From: Mycobacterium tuberculosis H37Rv
GTDB lineage: Bacteria; Actinomycetota; Actinomycetes; Mycobacteriales; Mycobacteriaceae
Assembly (NCBI RefSeq): GCF_000195955.2
Contig: NC_000962.3
Span: forward strand, 900,001-932,000
Reading direction: 5' to 3'
Length of the DNA stretch: 32,000 bases
Program-made: the position numbers and the translations under genes
Shown here: piece after piece, positions 30,486-32,000 of the stretch
Layout: each line of letters begins with the position of its first letter
Position numbering within the stretch: position 1 is the stretch's first letter
Notes under the pieces: model-generated
What the model saw: only the letters and a program-made list of their open reading frames with translations
The model's database searches: none
What the model was told of the DNA's origin: nothing

Positions 30486-30952
30486 CCGACACCTCCCAGC
30501 TGGCCGGTGTGATCTGACTGTCGCCCATCGTTACGATACGCGCATATAGCGCCTACCGGGAGACGAAGTTGACACTCGTCAACATCCGATGGCCGCCGGA
30601 GATCCGGCACGGCTCGGCGGTCGTTTGGGCGGGCGTTGGCCCCGCACGTTCGACAGATTCGACAAGTTCGTGCGCCTCGCGCAACGAGACAACCGGCGAC
30701 GCCGCCTAAGGTCAAGGGCGGCGTGCGTTAGCACTTCCGTCACTCTTGTCAATTAGCCGCAGCAAACGCCAGTCGCCCGTACGATGGCGGCAACGGCGTC
30801 GGCGGAGCGGTTTCCCGCTTGGCCAACGCCGAAGTCCCAGCATGACCGATCGCGGACGCCAGTCCGCAGAAGCCGGCTTATCGACAATGAGGCCAAAGAG
30901 CTCAACCCGTCAGCGGACATGTGGCGCGCGCTGGCCAGTGTGGCGATCAGTC

Positions 30953-31597
30953 GTGTGTTGCTCCACTGCTGCCAAGTCGGCCGTCATCGTCTGCTGTGCG
31001 GCCATCGCGACCACGGCATGCTCGTTTCAAGCCACATCGACCCAGCCGAGCACCGCACCCCCGACATCGCGGGTCGATTCGTTGATCGTCAGCATCGAAG
31101 ACGTACGGCGCATCGCCAACTATGAGGAGCTCGCCGCACATTTTCAGACCGACTTGCGTGAACCGCCGGAGGCGGACACGAACGTTCCGGGCCCCTGTCG
31201 TGTGGTGGGCAGCAGTGATCGCACCTTCGGAACCGACTGGTCAGAGTTCCGTAGCGCGGGTTACCACGGCGTTACCGACGACCTCAGACCGGGCGGGCCG
31301 GTCATGGTCGAGACGGTTAGCCAGGCGATAGCGCTGTACCCGGACCCGAGTACGGCGCGCGGTGTGTTCCATCGGCTCGAGTCGTCGCTGGCAGAATGTG
31401 CTGGCTTGCATGACCCCTACTTCGATTTCATCCTCGACAGGCCGGACGCCTCCACCGTGAGGATCGGCGCTGCGGGTTGGAGTCATGTGTATCGCCTGAA
31501 ATCGTCGGTATTCATATCCGTTGGCGTGTTGGGTATTGAACCGGCAGAGCCGATCGCCAACGTCATCTTGCAGACGATCAGCGATCGCATCCAGTAG
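30953..31597 (+). CDS. lpqQ: Putative lipoprotein LpqQ with PknH-sensor-like extracellular domain
   Basis: GTG start gives VCCSTAAKSAVIVCCAAIATTACSFQAT (signal peptide and lipobox-like ATTAC) then FRSAGYHGVTDDLRPGGPVMVETVSQAIALYPDPSTARGVFHRLESSLAEC, typical of PknH-type sensor domains. Confidence 0.85.
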   Translation: MCCSTAAKSAVIVCCAAIATTACSFQATSTQPSTAPPTSRVDSLIVSIEDVRRIANYEELAAHFQTDLREPPEADTNVPGPCRVVGSSDRTFGTDWSEFRSAGYHGVTDDLRPGGPVMVETVSQAIALYPDPSTARGVFHRLESSLAECAGLHDPYFDFILDRPDASTVRIGAAGWSHVYRLKSSVFISVGVLGIEPAEPIANVILQTISDRIQ

Positions 31598-32000
31598 TTA
31601 GCCGAGGACTGGAAAGCAGCAGCGGCGGCGACGAGCGCAGCGTGTTGAGGGCTGTTGACGCCACGACGCCCACCGTTGCGAAGAAGAAGGCGAGAAGCGT
31701 CGCTTCGGCACCGACTGCTGTCACCGCAACCGAGCTGTAACTACGGGGATCTATTGGATGCGAGGCGTAATCAAGCAGCGTGGCGATGGGTCTGGTGTCC
31801 ACCGCAAAGGAGAAGACATGCCATATGGGGGAAAGCTTGACCCACGAGAGCGCTGTCCCGAACAACTCGGTGCCTGTCAGAAGGATCAGCGCACTGGCCG
31901 CTATCCAGGCCGTCAGGCGTGCCGGGGATATCACGACGCCGAATGTCTTTCGTTGGTTATCCCAGACTGTCGAGCGACGTTGTTTTTGCACTGAACGTCG
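31594..32000 (-). CDS. Probable conserved membrane protein, likely continuing past the right edge of the window
   Basis: Frame of ORF 31578..31991 has hydrophobic segments (LTAWIAASALILLTGTELFGTAL; SVAVTAVGAEATLLAFFFATVGVVASTAL); no in-frame stop between 31991 and 32000. The exact 3' end (31578 stop versus nearby) should be taken from the ORF track. Confidence 0.55.

Overview
This 32 kb window looks like Mycobacterium tuberculosis-complex chromosome. Gene order and recognisable protein sequences match the cpsY-purF-purM ... desA1 ... PE_PGRS12/13/14-lpqQ segment (I recall it as about Rv0806c-Rv0836c, from memory, not from a database search). Content is mostly core: purine synthesis (purF, purM), a stealth-type capsule phosphotransferase (cpsY, partial), a PabC-like aminotransferase, the sseC2-cysA2 sulfurtransferase pair, a thioredoxin, glnR-like regulator, mshD, phoT, phoY2, an LCP protein, a Dus enzyme, desA1, TetR and ArsR regulators, a methyltransferase, four tRNAs (Lys, Glu, Asp, Phe), three PE_PGRS reading frames and lpqQ. 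No large new defence, phage or biosynthetic system is visible. The best candidates for a second look are: (1) a polycysteine leader ORF (29 codons, ...CCCCCSC-stop) with a leaderless -10 geometry upstream of cysA2-sseC2; (2) an apparently unlisted 32-aa hydrophobic ORF with leaderless signals whose stop overlaps the Rv0813c-like start; (3) a TnpB (IS1605-like) C-terminal remnant that seems to have decapitated a cytidine/guanine deaminase gene; (4) a one-base deletion splitting a PE_PGRS gene, with an undamaged internal paralogous copy of the same junction; (5) a 58-bp tandem repeat covering the start of the Dus gene; and (6) operator-like inverted repeats at the kmtR start codon and upstream of the methyltransferase gene.
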